DNA from: an uncultured Acidobacteriota bacterium
GTDB taxonomy: Bacteria; Acidobacteriota; Terriglobia; Terriglobales; Acidobacteriaceae
Reading direction: 5' to 3'
DNA length: 64,000 nucleotides
Assembly: GCA_963744615.1 (NCBI GenBank)
Contig: CAVUUE010000003.1
Span: 566,923-630,922, forward strand
Under the pieces are notes generated by a model. That model searched no databases, had not been told where the DNA came from, and saw only the letters and a program-made list of their open reading frames with translations. Shown in pieces: positions 17,947 through 26,650 of the stretch (positions within the stretch are counted from its first letter, which is position 1; the number at the start of each line of letters is the position of its first letter). The position numbers and the translations under genes are program-made.

Positions 17947-17979
17947 CAAAAAAGCCCTCGCATGCGCGAGGGCTTTTTC
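17947..17979. terminator. bidirectional Rho-independent terminator
   Basis: An A-run, then GCCCTCGC atgc GCGAGGGC, then TTTTT. It lies between convergent genes. Confidence 0.7.
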
Positions 17980-17994
17980 AATCGAAACTAAGAA

Positions 17995-18375
17995 CTAAGC
18001 GTTGAAGGAAGATCCGCACCCGCAGGTGCTCTTCGTATTGGGATTGTCGAACTTGAACCCCGAAGCTTCCAGCGTCTCCAGATAGTCCACCACGCACCCA
18101 TTCAGATACATCAGGGAGGTCGCGTCCACAAAAACCTTCAGGCCCTCGAAGTTCAGGATTTTGTCCATCATTCCCGGCTGATTTTCAAACGACATCGAGT
18201 ATTGGAAACCGGAACATCCGCCACCCACCACGCCCAGCCGCAAACCCGCCGGAACAGGCTCTTGCGTCGCCATAATCTCACGCACCTTCGCCACCGCCTG
18301 CGGCGTCAGCGTAACCGGAGTAGCCTTCACCGCATCGGTCGCCGGAGTTTCAGGAGCAGTCGTAATCGTAGCCAT
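17995..18375 (-). CDS. HesB/IscA/ErpA-family iron-sulfur cluster insertion protein
   Basis: 'GGGCSGFQY' and the C-terminal 'STCGCGSSF' are the family Cys motifs. Confidence 0.9.
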   Translation of the reverse strand: MATITTAPETPATDAVKATPVTLTPQAVAKVREIMATQEPVPAGLRLGVVGGGCSGFQYSMSFENQPGMMDKILNFEGLKVFVDATSLMYLNGCVVDYLETLEASGFKFDNPNTKSTCGCGSSFNA

Positions 18376-18529
18376 AGTAGTATCCTCGCACCTCTATGAT
18401 ACGGCGAACGCCCCGCTAAAACAAGAAGAAGCCAGCCCCGTGTCTCGCCTTCACGACGCTGTCCACAACACACCCCAAACTCAACACCCACCCCGCAAAT
18501 GATACTGTGGAGCGTAAGGGGTCACTCCG

Positions 18530-18799
18530 ATGAGCTTGATCGTCGCGATCTGGATTCTATGGGCAGTGCTGGCCATCGTTGTGCTCGGCCTCGTCCTCTA
18601 TCGCATGAGCCTCACCCAGTATGAAGAGGATCGCCTGTTTCTCGATGACGGAAGCCAGATGCAGCATAGCGATCAGGACGAGATGTTTGCCCGCGTGAAG
18701 CGCCTGGAGCCTGTCATTCGCATCGTCGGCGGCATCGAAGCGCTCGCCACCTTGGCCATCGCCGCTTTCTATGTCCTCGACGCCCTGCGCCAGTTCTGA
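18530..18799 (+). CDS. hypothetical small membrane protein
   Basis: Two predicted TM helices flank an acidic loop. No family was recognised. Confidence 0.5.
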   Translation: MSLIVAIWILWAVLAIVVLGLVLYRMSLTQYEEDRLFLDDGSQMQHSDQDEMFARVKRLEPVIRIVGGIEALATLAIAAFYVLDALRQF

Positions 18800-18900
18800 T
18801 TCCACACCGAGAGTAATGATCTTTCCGCCAACATTTATGCTAACGTCGATTACGCCGGAGCTGGGCGCCGGAAACTTCCCCTCCTGAAACAGAGGTTCAC

Positions 18901-19179
18901 ATGGCTTGGGTCGAGCGTTTTACCTGTGATATTTGCGGCAAGCTTATGGGCGAGGCAGAAAGCTGGTGGGTGGCCGTCAACCAATGCGAGCCCGCTGCTG
19001 ACCAGCCCGCGTCGCACCCCGTCCTAAAGCTCATGCCGTGGGACAATCTGCTGGGCCACAGCGCGGGAATCAAGCACCTGTGCGGCGCTGGCTGCGCGCA
19101 CACATTTTTAGATCGCTGGATGGCCGACCGCAACTCCGGAGGCGAAATCTGCTCCGAAGCAGAGCCGCTCAAGTCTTAG
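18901..19179 (+). CDS. hypothetical Cys-rich (CxxC ... CxxxC) protein
   Basis: 'FTCDICGK' and 'HLCGAGCAH' suggest a zinc-ribbon-like protein. No family was recognised. Confidence 0.45.
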   Translation: MAWVERFTCDICGKLMGEAESWWVAVNQCEPAADQPASHPVLKLMPWDNLLGHSAGIKHLCGAGCAHTFLDRWMADRNSGGEICSEAEPLKS

Positions 19180-19227
19180 CCGCGCGTCGCCCCACGTCCC
19201 GCCTGCGAGACGTGGGGTTCCGGCACT

Positions 19228-19726
19228 CTACGCGCTCACTCTGGAGCTGTTGTTCATCTTCGAATGGTGCTCGGCTTCCGCCTGGCTGTACTGCGTTGAA
19301 AACCCGGGGACATATTCTTCCACGTAGTCCTTCAAACGAGTCGCGGCAACCCCCACTAACGCGCCCTTGATGTTTTCCCACGCGTGGCGCGCCTGTTCCA
19401 TTGCCGGGGAAGGTGGGCCAGAAAAACGCGATGCGCGCCCTGAATCCCCTCCGGTCGAGTGCGATGTTCCGCTGGAGCTCGCCGTTCCGATTCCGCCGTA
19501 ATAGTAGTGCCGATGCCGCTCTCCGCTGCTGCGCCCGCCGATCGCCTTGGCCAGCAGCATCCCGCCGCCAAACGCGACGCCCGAGAAATGCCATCGGCCG
19601 GCTTTCAAACTGGTGTCTCCAGTCCGTCACCGACTTCACCTTGTTCTCCAATTCCCGAAGGTTGGAGCTCAGATCGTCGCGTGTGTCCTCAATATGGTTC
19701 TCTATTTGACTTGCTGTTTGGCCCAT
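19228..19726 (-). pseudogene. DUF3618-like membrane-anchored protein, reading frame broken by one extra nucleotide near 19579-19583
   Basis: The N-terminus 'MGQTASQIENHIEDTRDDLSSNLRELENKV...SRPMAF' is in the frame of ORF 19169..19726. The continuation 'GVAFGGGMLLAKAIGG...' is in the frame of ORF 19228..19608. Confidence 0.5.
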
Positions 19727-20085
19727 TGCACATTCTCCTTAACGCTTGCGATGGTTCGTTCGGGTGGGTTCACCCGTTTCAATATCTTCAGGCCGGCCGT
19801 CAACGTCATGCCGCCCACAATCGCCATCAGCGCCGCCACTATCAATGCCGCCGCCCAAATCGGCACCACAAGTGACAGCGCGTATACGATCGTCCACGTC
19901 AGGAACAGCGCCCCAAGCAGGCTCGCTACTGCGCCCGCGATCAGCATCGGCGCAGCCGCTTTTACCTTGCCCAGCTCGACCAGCATTTCACTTCTGGCCA
20001 GCCGCACTTCGGAGCGGACGATGTCCTGCACGTTGGCAACAATGTCCTGCAACACATCTGTTATGGAACGCTCTCCTGGAGCCAT
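19702..20085 (-). CDS. YqjE-like / phage-holin-3_6 family membrane protein
   Basis: The topology and 'VRSEVRLARSEM' followed by two TM helices resemble E. coli YqjE. Confidence 0.7.
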   Translation of the reverse strand: MAPGERSITDVLQDIVANVQDIVRSEVRLARSEMLVELGKVKAAAPMLIAGAVASLLGALFLTWTIVYALSLVVPIWAAALIVAALMAIVGGMTLTAGLKILKRVNPPERTIASVKENVQWAKQQVK

Positions 20086-20125
20086 ACCTGCACCTTCTCC
20101 TCAGCTTGCCTCGGCCCGAAGGCCG

Positions 20126-20527
20126 TTATCCGCGTGAATCGCTCGTCAGTGCGCGCGCGATCAGGAACCCGAGCCCCGCCGCAACCAGCAGCGCCGGTCC
20201 GGGATTCTTCTTCACCAGATCTTCCACGTCCGTCATCATGCTGTTCAGGTCGTTCTGGCGAACATACTGTGCCGTCGCGCTCAATTTGTCGGCCGCCGAG
20301 TGCGCGATATGCGAAACCCTCTCGCCACCCGGAAGCTGATCCGCCCGCTGATGCAGAGTGCCCGCCGCCCCTTCCAGACCGCTCGCCGCTGAAACACGAT
20401 TCTGCTCAAACTTATCGGCCGCCGCGGAGCCAAACTCGGTTAATTTGCTCTTGGTCTGATCAACCGCATCAGATACGCGGTCGGAAATGTTGGAACTCAT
20501 ATCGCCAACTGTTTTATTTGTGGACAT
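20126..20527 (-). CDS. DUF883 (ElaB/YqjD-like) stress protein
   Basis: The C-terminal 'LVKKNPGPALLVAAGLGFLIARAL' anchor motif is typical of DUF883. Confidence 0.8.
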   Translation of the reverse strand: MSTNKTVGDMSSNISDRVSDAVDQTKSKLTEFGSAAADKFEQNRVSAASGLEGAAGTLHQRADQLPGGERVSHIAHSAADKLSATAQYVRQNDLNSMMTDVEDLVKKNPGPALLVAAGLGFLIARALTSDSRG

Positions 20528-20852
20528 ATGTGCAACTCCTCATTTTTTTGATTTTGAAAACAGAAAATACAGCGTCGGCATCGTCACACGCCTGCCCTTA
20601 TAACGCTGTAAGAGTGCATCGCAAGCTTTGTGGTTGCTCAGGCTGCGATTGATATTCACCGCGTGAATGCATCGGATGCCGAGCGCCCCGATACGCAGGA
20701 ATTCCGATCCCTGGCGCCTTTGTGATCAAGGTCACCAGCAGGCAGTGACAGTTAATCGAACGCTCTATCGCTCCTTCCGTGTCTTGCTCGGCAAGACATG
20801 GCCGCACCGGCGAAGGATTACGATGAAGAATCAGCAAGGGAGAGAATAACCA

Positions 20853-22479
20853 GTGGCCTACAGCGACCTGCGTGAGTGGATAAAAGCCCTCGAGAAAGAA
20901 AAGGAAATCCGCCACATCCGTCAGGAAGTCGACCCCATTCTCGAAATGGCGGAGATTGCCGACCGCGTGTCCAAAGGCCACGCGCTCCAGGGCTACGCCC
21001 CCGGCGGCCCCGCCCTCCTGTTCGAAAATGTAAAAGGCTATCCGGGCAGCAAAGTATTGATGAACCAGTTCGGCAGTGAACGCCGCATGTGCCTCGCCCT
21101 TGGCGTCGACTCGCTCGACGAAATCGCCGCCCGTATTCAGGAGCTGATGAACCTCCGCTCCCCGGAAGGCTTCCTCGATAAAATCCGCATGCTCCCCATG
21201 CTCGCCGACGTCGGAAAATTCTTCCCCAAACTCGTCGGCGCGAAAGACGCCCCCTGCAAGCAGGTCATCCTGCGCGAAAACTTCAACGTGCTCGACTTTC
21301 CCATCCTGCAATGCTGGCCCCAGGACGGCGGCCGTTTCATCACCTTGCCCTGCGTCGTCACCCGCGATCCGCGCTCCGCCGAAGGCCCCGCCAAAACCGG
21401 CAAGCGAAACGTAGGCATGTACCGCATGCAGGTCTACGACGGCCAGACCACCGGCATGCACTGGCAGCGCCAGAAAGTCGCCGCCGAACATTATCGCGAC
21501 CGCCTCCGCCAATCCGCCGCCGAAAATTCCGACGATCCCGCCTCCGCCCGCGTAGCCAGAATGGCCGAAACCGCCGGCGGCGCAACCCTGTCATCCACCC
21601 CCACCAACACCACAGTCCGCACCAACATCTCCGCTCAACATCCGGACCGCCTCGAAGTAGCCGTAGCCATCGGCACCGACCCCGCCACCACCTTCGCCGC
21701 CATCGTCCCCGCCCCTCCGGAAATCGAGGAGTACATCATCTCCGGCTTCCTCCGCCAGCAGCCTGTCGAGCTCGTAAAGTGCGAAACCGTGGACCTCGAA
21801 GTCCCCGCGTCCTCAGAAATCGTCCTCGAAGGCTACGTCCGCCTCGACGAGCTGCGCTCCGAGGGCCCCTTCGGCGACCACACCGGCTTCTACACCCTCC
21901 CCGACGACTACCCGGTCTTCCACATCACCTGCATCACCCACCGCCGCGACCCCATCTACTCGACCACCATCGTCGGCAAGCCGCCCATGGAAGACGCCTG
22001 GATGGGCAAGGCCGTCGAGCGCATCTTCCTCCCACTCATGAAGCTCACCATCCCGGAAATCGTCGACATCAACCTGCCCGTCGAAGCCGTCTTCCACAAC
22101 CTCATGATCGTCTCGATTCGAAAGAGTTATCCCGGCCAGGCCCGCAAAGTAATGCACGCCAGTCTGGTCCCTCGGCCAGGCCATGTTCACCAAATGCGTA
22201 GTAGTAGTCGACGAAGACTGCAACGTCCACGACATCCCCGAAGTAGTCCTGCGAGTTACAAACAATATTGACCCCGAGCGCGATATTCAATTCACGCTAG
22301 GCCCAATCGACTCACTCGACCACGCCTCCCGCCTCCCCAACTACGGCAGCAAAATGGGCATAGACGCCACCAGAAAGTGGCCCGCCGAAGGCTTCCAACG
22401 CCCCTGGCCAGAAATGCTAAAAATGGACAAAGCCACCAAATCCAAAGTAGACGCAATCTGGTCCAAACTCGGGTTGTAG
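20853..22479 (+). pseudogene. UbiD-family prenylated-FMN decarboxylase (quinone biosynthesis type), frame broken at ~22161
   Basis: ORF 20853..22271 carries UbiD motifs up to 'GQARKVMHA'. The expected continuation 'VWSLGQAMFTKCVVVVDEDCNVHD...DSLDHAS...GSKMGIDAT' is in the frame of ORF 22183..22479. Confidence 0.8.
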
Positions 22480-22519
22480 ACTCTTTTCGAATGATCTCCG
22501 TGAGGTCGAGGGAAGTTCT

Positions 22520-23047
22520 ATGCACGTCATTGACATGTCCGGTATTCGAACATGGTGGACCGAGACCAATGCTACCTGGGTGGAGGCACTTGCTCTTATC
22601 CCGATCTTTACACTGCAGCTCATACTCGCGTTCTTTACGTACGGCGAACAAAAAGCCGCCCGTGAGGATCGCCGACAGGGCGAGATTACAAGACAAAGGA
22701 GCGATGTTACCTGCGGAGGCGTAACCTCGACTCTTCGCACATTGACCGAAGAACAAATTTGTATGTATCTATGGGCGCATCACTGCAGGCATGCGGGCTT
22801 TGCATTTGAGAAGGCCTTATACACTCAGCTACCCGAATATCTGAGAAGAAAATGTGATTACTTCCTGGATGAAATTGCCAAACCCATCACGCCGGAACAG
22901 CACCAGATAGCGCGCTTTCTCCTGGTGTTCAGATTCCCCTACCCCAAGTTTGACGCCGTGCTTGAAGATGTAAATAAATTGAACTTTGGAGACGTGCCGA
23001 TCGTGTGGGATGACAGCGGCAAAGCAATACAAATCCGCAGAGACTGA
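22520..23047 (+). CDS. hypothetical protein with one TM helix, in a lower-GC islet
   Basis: Codon third positions are visibly more A/T-rich than in neighbouring genes. No family was recognised. Confidence 0.45.
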   Translation: MHVIDMSGIRTWWTETNATWVEALALIPIFTLQLILAFFTYGEQKAAREDRRQGEITRQRSDVTCGGVTSTLRTLTEEQICMYLWAHHCRHAGFAFEKALYTQLPEYLRRKCDYFLDEIAKPITPEQHQIARFLLVFRFPYPKFDAVLEDVNKLNFGDVPIVWDDSGKAIQIRRD

Positions 23048-23108
23048 AACTCGATATCGGGCACCGCGTTCGTCTACTAGGATTCCAAGTTGTTCTCGAA
23101 GGGTCGAA

Positions 23109-23453
23109 ATGGTGCTGGGTGGCCATTCAAGCCTACTTCTGACGTAGCCCGGCTCTATGATTTTCTAGCTCCAAAAAGTCCCGATGCGCCCCAGCACGCC
23201 ATCCAGACAATCCGCCAAGGCGTGAAAGCACTCGGCAAGCATCCTGAAATTGGCCGCCCAATCGAAGAATTACCGCCGAGTTTCGAGAGTGGGTCATTGA
23301 ATTCGGCCAGGAGCCTACATCGCTCTATATCACTACGACGGCAAACAAGTCGTGATTCTAGCCGTCCGCCACGGCCGCGAAGCGGTAAAGCTCGTTCACC
23401 GCGATGAACGGGAAGTATTCACGGAAGAAACATACAATGTTACAGAACGCTAG
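23109..23453 (+). pseudogene. decayed ParE/RelE-family toxin
   Basis: 'WPFKPTSDVARLYDFL...HPEIGRPIEELPP', 'EFREWVIEFGQE' and 'YIALYHYDGKQVVILAVRHGREA' lie in three different frames. The single-nt deletions are near 23275-23280 and 23313-23316. Confidence 0.6.
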
Positions 23454-23496
23454 AAGCTTTGATTGAGGGGCCCGTCATACCCCCGGAACTACCCCA

Positions 23497-23539
23497 CACA
23501 AAAAGCCAGAGGGCGGAATCCTCTCGCGAGAACCCGCCC
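23497..23539 (-). terminator. putative Rho-independent terminator on the minus strand
   Basis: GGGCGG (23511-23516) pairs with CCGCCC (23534-23539), enclosing the palindrome TCTCGCGAGA. On the minus strand it is followed by TCTGGCTTTTTGT. Confidence 0.4.
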
Positions 23540-23614
23540 CCGGCAATCCGAAATTTCGAAGATCTGGTCTTCGGTCACCAGATCACAACCTTGCCCTTCC
23601 AGAACTCGTCAGAA

Positions 23615-23860
23615 TCAGCGAGCAGAACTCACAGATCCTGCGCCCTCCCGTACCTGCATGTTGTAAAAGCTTCCTGTCCGCCTGCTGTCTTCAGTCGCCT
23701 GAAGTGAGTCTCGTCGACGATCCTCCAGCTTGGCTTTCAATTCCACTTTCTTCTCTGAAAGATTTCTCTTCCCGTTGACGAAAGTATGCCATGAGAACTT
23801 CTCAATTTCTCGGCATTTATTTTGGTGGAAATCCCGTACTTCCTGTGCGAAACAAGCCAT
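23615..23860 (-). CDS. hypothetical small protein (weak call)
   Basis: Internal ATG of ORF 23615..23887. The sequence is lower in GC, and a minus-strand terminator lies about 75 nt downstream. No family was recognised. Confidence 0.25.
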   Translation of the reverse strand: MACFAQEVRDFHQNKCREIEKFSWHTFVNGKRNLSEKKVELKAKLEDRRRDSLQATEDSRRTGSFYNMQVREGAGSVSSAR

Positions 23861-23941
23861 TCTGCACCGCCCACGCAGCGAAGCCAATCCCGCAACTTTC
23901 TATTGACGCCGCTGCCGCAAAAACTACACACTCAAACAACA

Positions 23942-24523
23942 ATGCGATCCGCCATCCTCTGTCTTCTCGCTCTCATCCTGGTCCCGTCCGCAAGCCGCGC
24001 GCAAGCTCCGGTCTTTACCGTCACACCGGTCCAAAGCAGCATCAATTTTTCCGTCAAATCCTCGGTCGCGCTCACCGGGAAATTCGACAAGTGGAAGGCC
24101 ACCCTCACCTTTCCCTCCACGGACGTAACAACCGGCGTCCTCCATCTCCAGATCGAAGCCGCCACCGTCGACACCGGAAGCGGAATGAAGAACAACAAAC
24201 TCAAGGGGAAGGATTTCTTCGACGTCGAGCGCTATCCATCCATCGCATTTCAATCCACAAAAATCGTCCAGACCAGCCCTACAACGTATGAGGTCGATGG
24301 AAACTTCACCATCCGCGGAGTCTCCCGAATCGAGCGCCTGAAGCTCACCATCCCCAGGAAGCCAAATGGCATCGACTCCATCCAGGGAGTCCTGGTTTTC
24401 AATCGCAAACACTATGGAATGGACAAAGGCATCCCCTTCGTAAAGATCGAGGATCACGTCAACGTCACCATTGACCTGAAGGTCCATCAGGTCAGCGGCC
24501 CTCCGCTGGTGCACAAACTCTAG
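23942..24523 (+). CDS. YceI-family periplasmic protein
   Basis: The signal peptide 'MRSAILCLLALILVPSASRAQA', 'INFSVKS', 'VDTGSGMKNNKLKGKDFFDVERYP' and 'GNFTIRGVS' are present. Confidence 0.9.
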   Translation: MRSAILCLLALILVPSASRAQAPVFTVTPVQSSINFSVKSSVALTGKFDKWKATLTFPSTDVTTGVLHLQIEAATVDTGSGMKNNKLKGKDFFDVERYPSIAFQSTKIVQTSPTTYEVDGNFTIRGVSRIERLKLTIPRKPNGIDSIQGVLVFNRKHYGMDKGIPFVKIEDHVNVTIDLKVHQVSGPPLVHKL

Positions 24524-24591
24524 CGGGCCCGCTTCTTCCGGCCTGCCCACCAGAGCGCATCCCCGCGTTTTTGTACTAGGATTGTTCGCAT

Positions 24592-24975
24592 ATGGCCTTC
24601 GCCCTGGAGCAACTCGATCACCTCGTCCTCACCGTCGCGAATATCGACGCCACGGTCGACTTCTACACCGAAGTCCTCGGCATGGAAGTGGTCAAATTCG
24701 AAGGCCGCAAAGCCCTCTCCTTCGGCATCCAGAGAATCCAGATCGAGCAGCGCGGCCACGAATTTAATCCACGAGCCGCCCACCCCACCCCCGGCTCCGC
24801 AGATCTTTGCTTCATCACCACCGCACCGCTCCCCGAAGTCATCGAATACCTCACCAGCCAGAGAATCCACATTGAAGAAGGCCCGGTCGAAAGAACCGGC
24901 GCAATCGGCGATCTAAAATCCATCTACGTGCGCGACCCCGATCGCAACCTCATAGAGATCTCCAACATCCTATAA
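24592..24975 (+). CDS. VOC (glyoxalase/bleomycin-resistance) family protein
   Basis: 'LDHLVLTVANIDATVDFYTEVLGM' and 'YVRDPDRNLIEI' are present. Confidence 0.85.
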   Translation: MAFALEQLDHLVLTVANIDATVDFYTEVLGMEVVKFEGRKALSFGIQRIQIEQRGHEFNPRAAHPTPGSADLCFITTAPLPEVIEYLTSQRIHIEEGPVERTGAIGDLKSIYVRDPDRNLIEISNIL

Positions 24976-25057
24976 ACAGATCGATCCTAAAAACGCGCGC
25001 GCCCATTTTCCGCGTCTACAACAAGGTTCCCCGCGTCTTCAAGATAAAATTCAGATC

Positions 25058-25612
25058 ATGCCACAGGCCTCGCCCACCGCGCTGCTCGAACGCGCCAAAA
25101 AAATAAAATTGTTTTTGATGGACGTAGACGGCACCCTCACCGATGGCGGTGTCTGCCTCATGTCCCTTCCCAATGAGGGCGGCATTGCCGAGCTAAAAAT
25201 CTTCAGCTCCCTCGACGGCCTCGGCCTCAAACTCGCGCACATCATGGGAATAAAAACCGGCTTCATCACAGGAAGAAAATCCCCAGCTGTCCGGCAGCGC
25301 GCCGAAGAAAATCTTGTCGACTACATTTATCTGGGCCAGGAAACGAAGATGGCGGCATTCGAAGAATGCCTGCAGAAAGCCGGCGCCACGGAACAAGAAG
25401 TAGCCTACCTCGGCGACGACCTCCCGGACATGCCGCTCGCCGCCCGCGCAGGCCTCGCAGTCGCCGTTCAAAACGCCGCACCGGAGCTGAAAGCCATCAG
25501 CCACTACATCACCAACGCCCGCGGCGGCCAGGGCGCGGCCAGGGAAGTCGTCGAGCTGATCCTGAAAGCACAGGGAAAATGGGAACAAGCCATCCCTCAG
25601 GCCTTAGCGTAG
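25058..25612 (+). CDS. kdsC: KDO 8-phosphate phosphatase (HAD-IIIA)
   Basis: 'LFLMDVDGTLTDG', 'GFITGR' and 'AYLGDDLPDMP' are present. Confidence 0.85.
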   Translation: MPQASPTALLERAKKIKLFLMDVDGTLTDGGVCLMSLPNEGGIAELKIFSSLDGLGLKLAHIMGIKTGFITGRKSPAVRQRAEENLVDYIYLGQETKMAAFEECLQKAGATEQEVAYLGDDLPDMPLAARAGLAVAVQNAAPELKAISHYITNARGGQGAAREVVELILKAQGKWEQAIPQALA

Positions 25613-25672
25613 AAATCGGCAAGAATTTCAGTTGTCAAAAAGGCCCCGTGCAGCACGCGGGTCCGCCGCCAT

Positions 25673-26650
25673 TTAAGCCGAGAACGTCTCCACAATCCCA
25701 TCCTCCAGCGAAGTGAACCCGCGCGTATAGTGCCCGCGCTGCTGCAGCGTCGTAACGTCAGCCTCGGTGAAGTGTTGATAGCGCCCGTTCAAGTCCGCGG
25801 GAAATGGAATGTACTCAATCTTCGCCGGCCCATGCACCTGCTTGAGCGCCCCGGCGACAGCGTTGAAGCTGCGACTCGCCCCCGTGCCCGCGTTGAAAAT
25901 TCCCTGGTACACATCCTGCACCTCGCCCATCTCCGCGCGAAGCGCCGCATCGCCCAGCCCACCAAAAAAAAGATTCATCCGGCACAAATCGCGCACGTAG
26001 ACAAAATCCCGCCGCTGCTCCCCGTCGCCATATCCGCCGGAGCCTTGAAACATGCGGATCGCACCGGTCTCCTTCATCTGCTTCGTAAAATGATGCATCA
26101 CCGAAGCCATGCGTCCCTTGTGCAACTCGCGCGGTCCATACGCGTTGAAGTAGCGCAGCCCTACCACCGTGCTTTCGACCGTCGGCAGCATTCGCCGCAC
26201 ATAGTTGTCGAACACCAGCTTCGAAAATCCATAAACATTCAGCGGCTTTTCATTCTCCGGCTCAGTCGCAAATCGCTCGCTCAACCCATACACCGCCGCC
26301 GTCGACGCATACACAAATGGAATTCGGTACCGCAGCGCAAAATGCAGCAGCTCCTTGGAGTACGTAAAGTTGTTGTCCATCATGTACGCGCCGTTGTCTT
26401 CCAGCGTGTTCGAGCAGGCGCCCTGGTGCAGAATCGCGCGAATGTTCTTCCCCGCAAGCGCACCCGAAGCAATCACGCGGCGAAACTCCTGCTTGTCCAT
26501 GTAGTCGGAAAACTGCGCGCCCTGCAGGTTGAAAAATTTCGCGCTGTCCGTCAAATTATCGACACAAAGAATCTCACTCTCGCCAACCCGATTCAGTTCG
26601 TGAATCAAATTGCTGCCGATGAACCCGGCCCCACCGGTAACGACAATCAT
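25673..26650 (-). CDS. hldD: ADP-glyceromanno-heptose 6-epimerase
   Basis: 'MIVVTGGAGFIGSNL', 'HQGACS' and 'YGFSK' are present. Confidence 0.9.
   Translation of the reverse strand: MIVVTGGAGFIGSNLIHELNRVGESEILCVDNLTDSAKFFNLQGAQFSDYMDKQEFRRVIASGALAGKNIRAILHQGACSNTLEDNGAYMMDNNFTYSKELLHFALRYRIPFVYASTAAVYGLSERFATEPENEKPLNVYGFSKLVFDNYVRRMLPTVESTVVGLRYFNAYGPRELHKGRMASVMHHFTKQMKETGAIRMFQGSGGYGDGEQRRDFVYVRDLCRMNLFFGGLGDAALRAEMGEVQDVYQGIFNAGTGASRSFNAVAGALKQVHGPAKIEYIPFPADLNGRYQHFTEADVTTLQQRGHYTRGFTSLEDGIVETFSA

Noticed and set aside
16495-17949. Pro-rich minus-strand ORFs (16495..17031 and 17515..17949) with PELPKPPELP repeats.
   Set aside because: They are the mirror image of the GGN/GSN repeat codons of the Gly-rich gene on the + strand. 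That gene has the N-terminal pseudopilin-like domain and an uninterrupted 567-codon frame.
23117-23135. 'GGTGGCCATTCAAGCC' inside the ParE remnant as a half copy of the hairpin repeat.
   Set aside because: No complementary 3' arm (GGCTTGAGTGGG) follows. The match is short and lies in sequence that reads as ParE N-terminal coding sequence.
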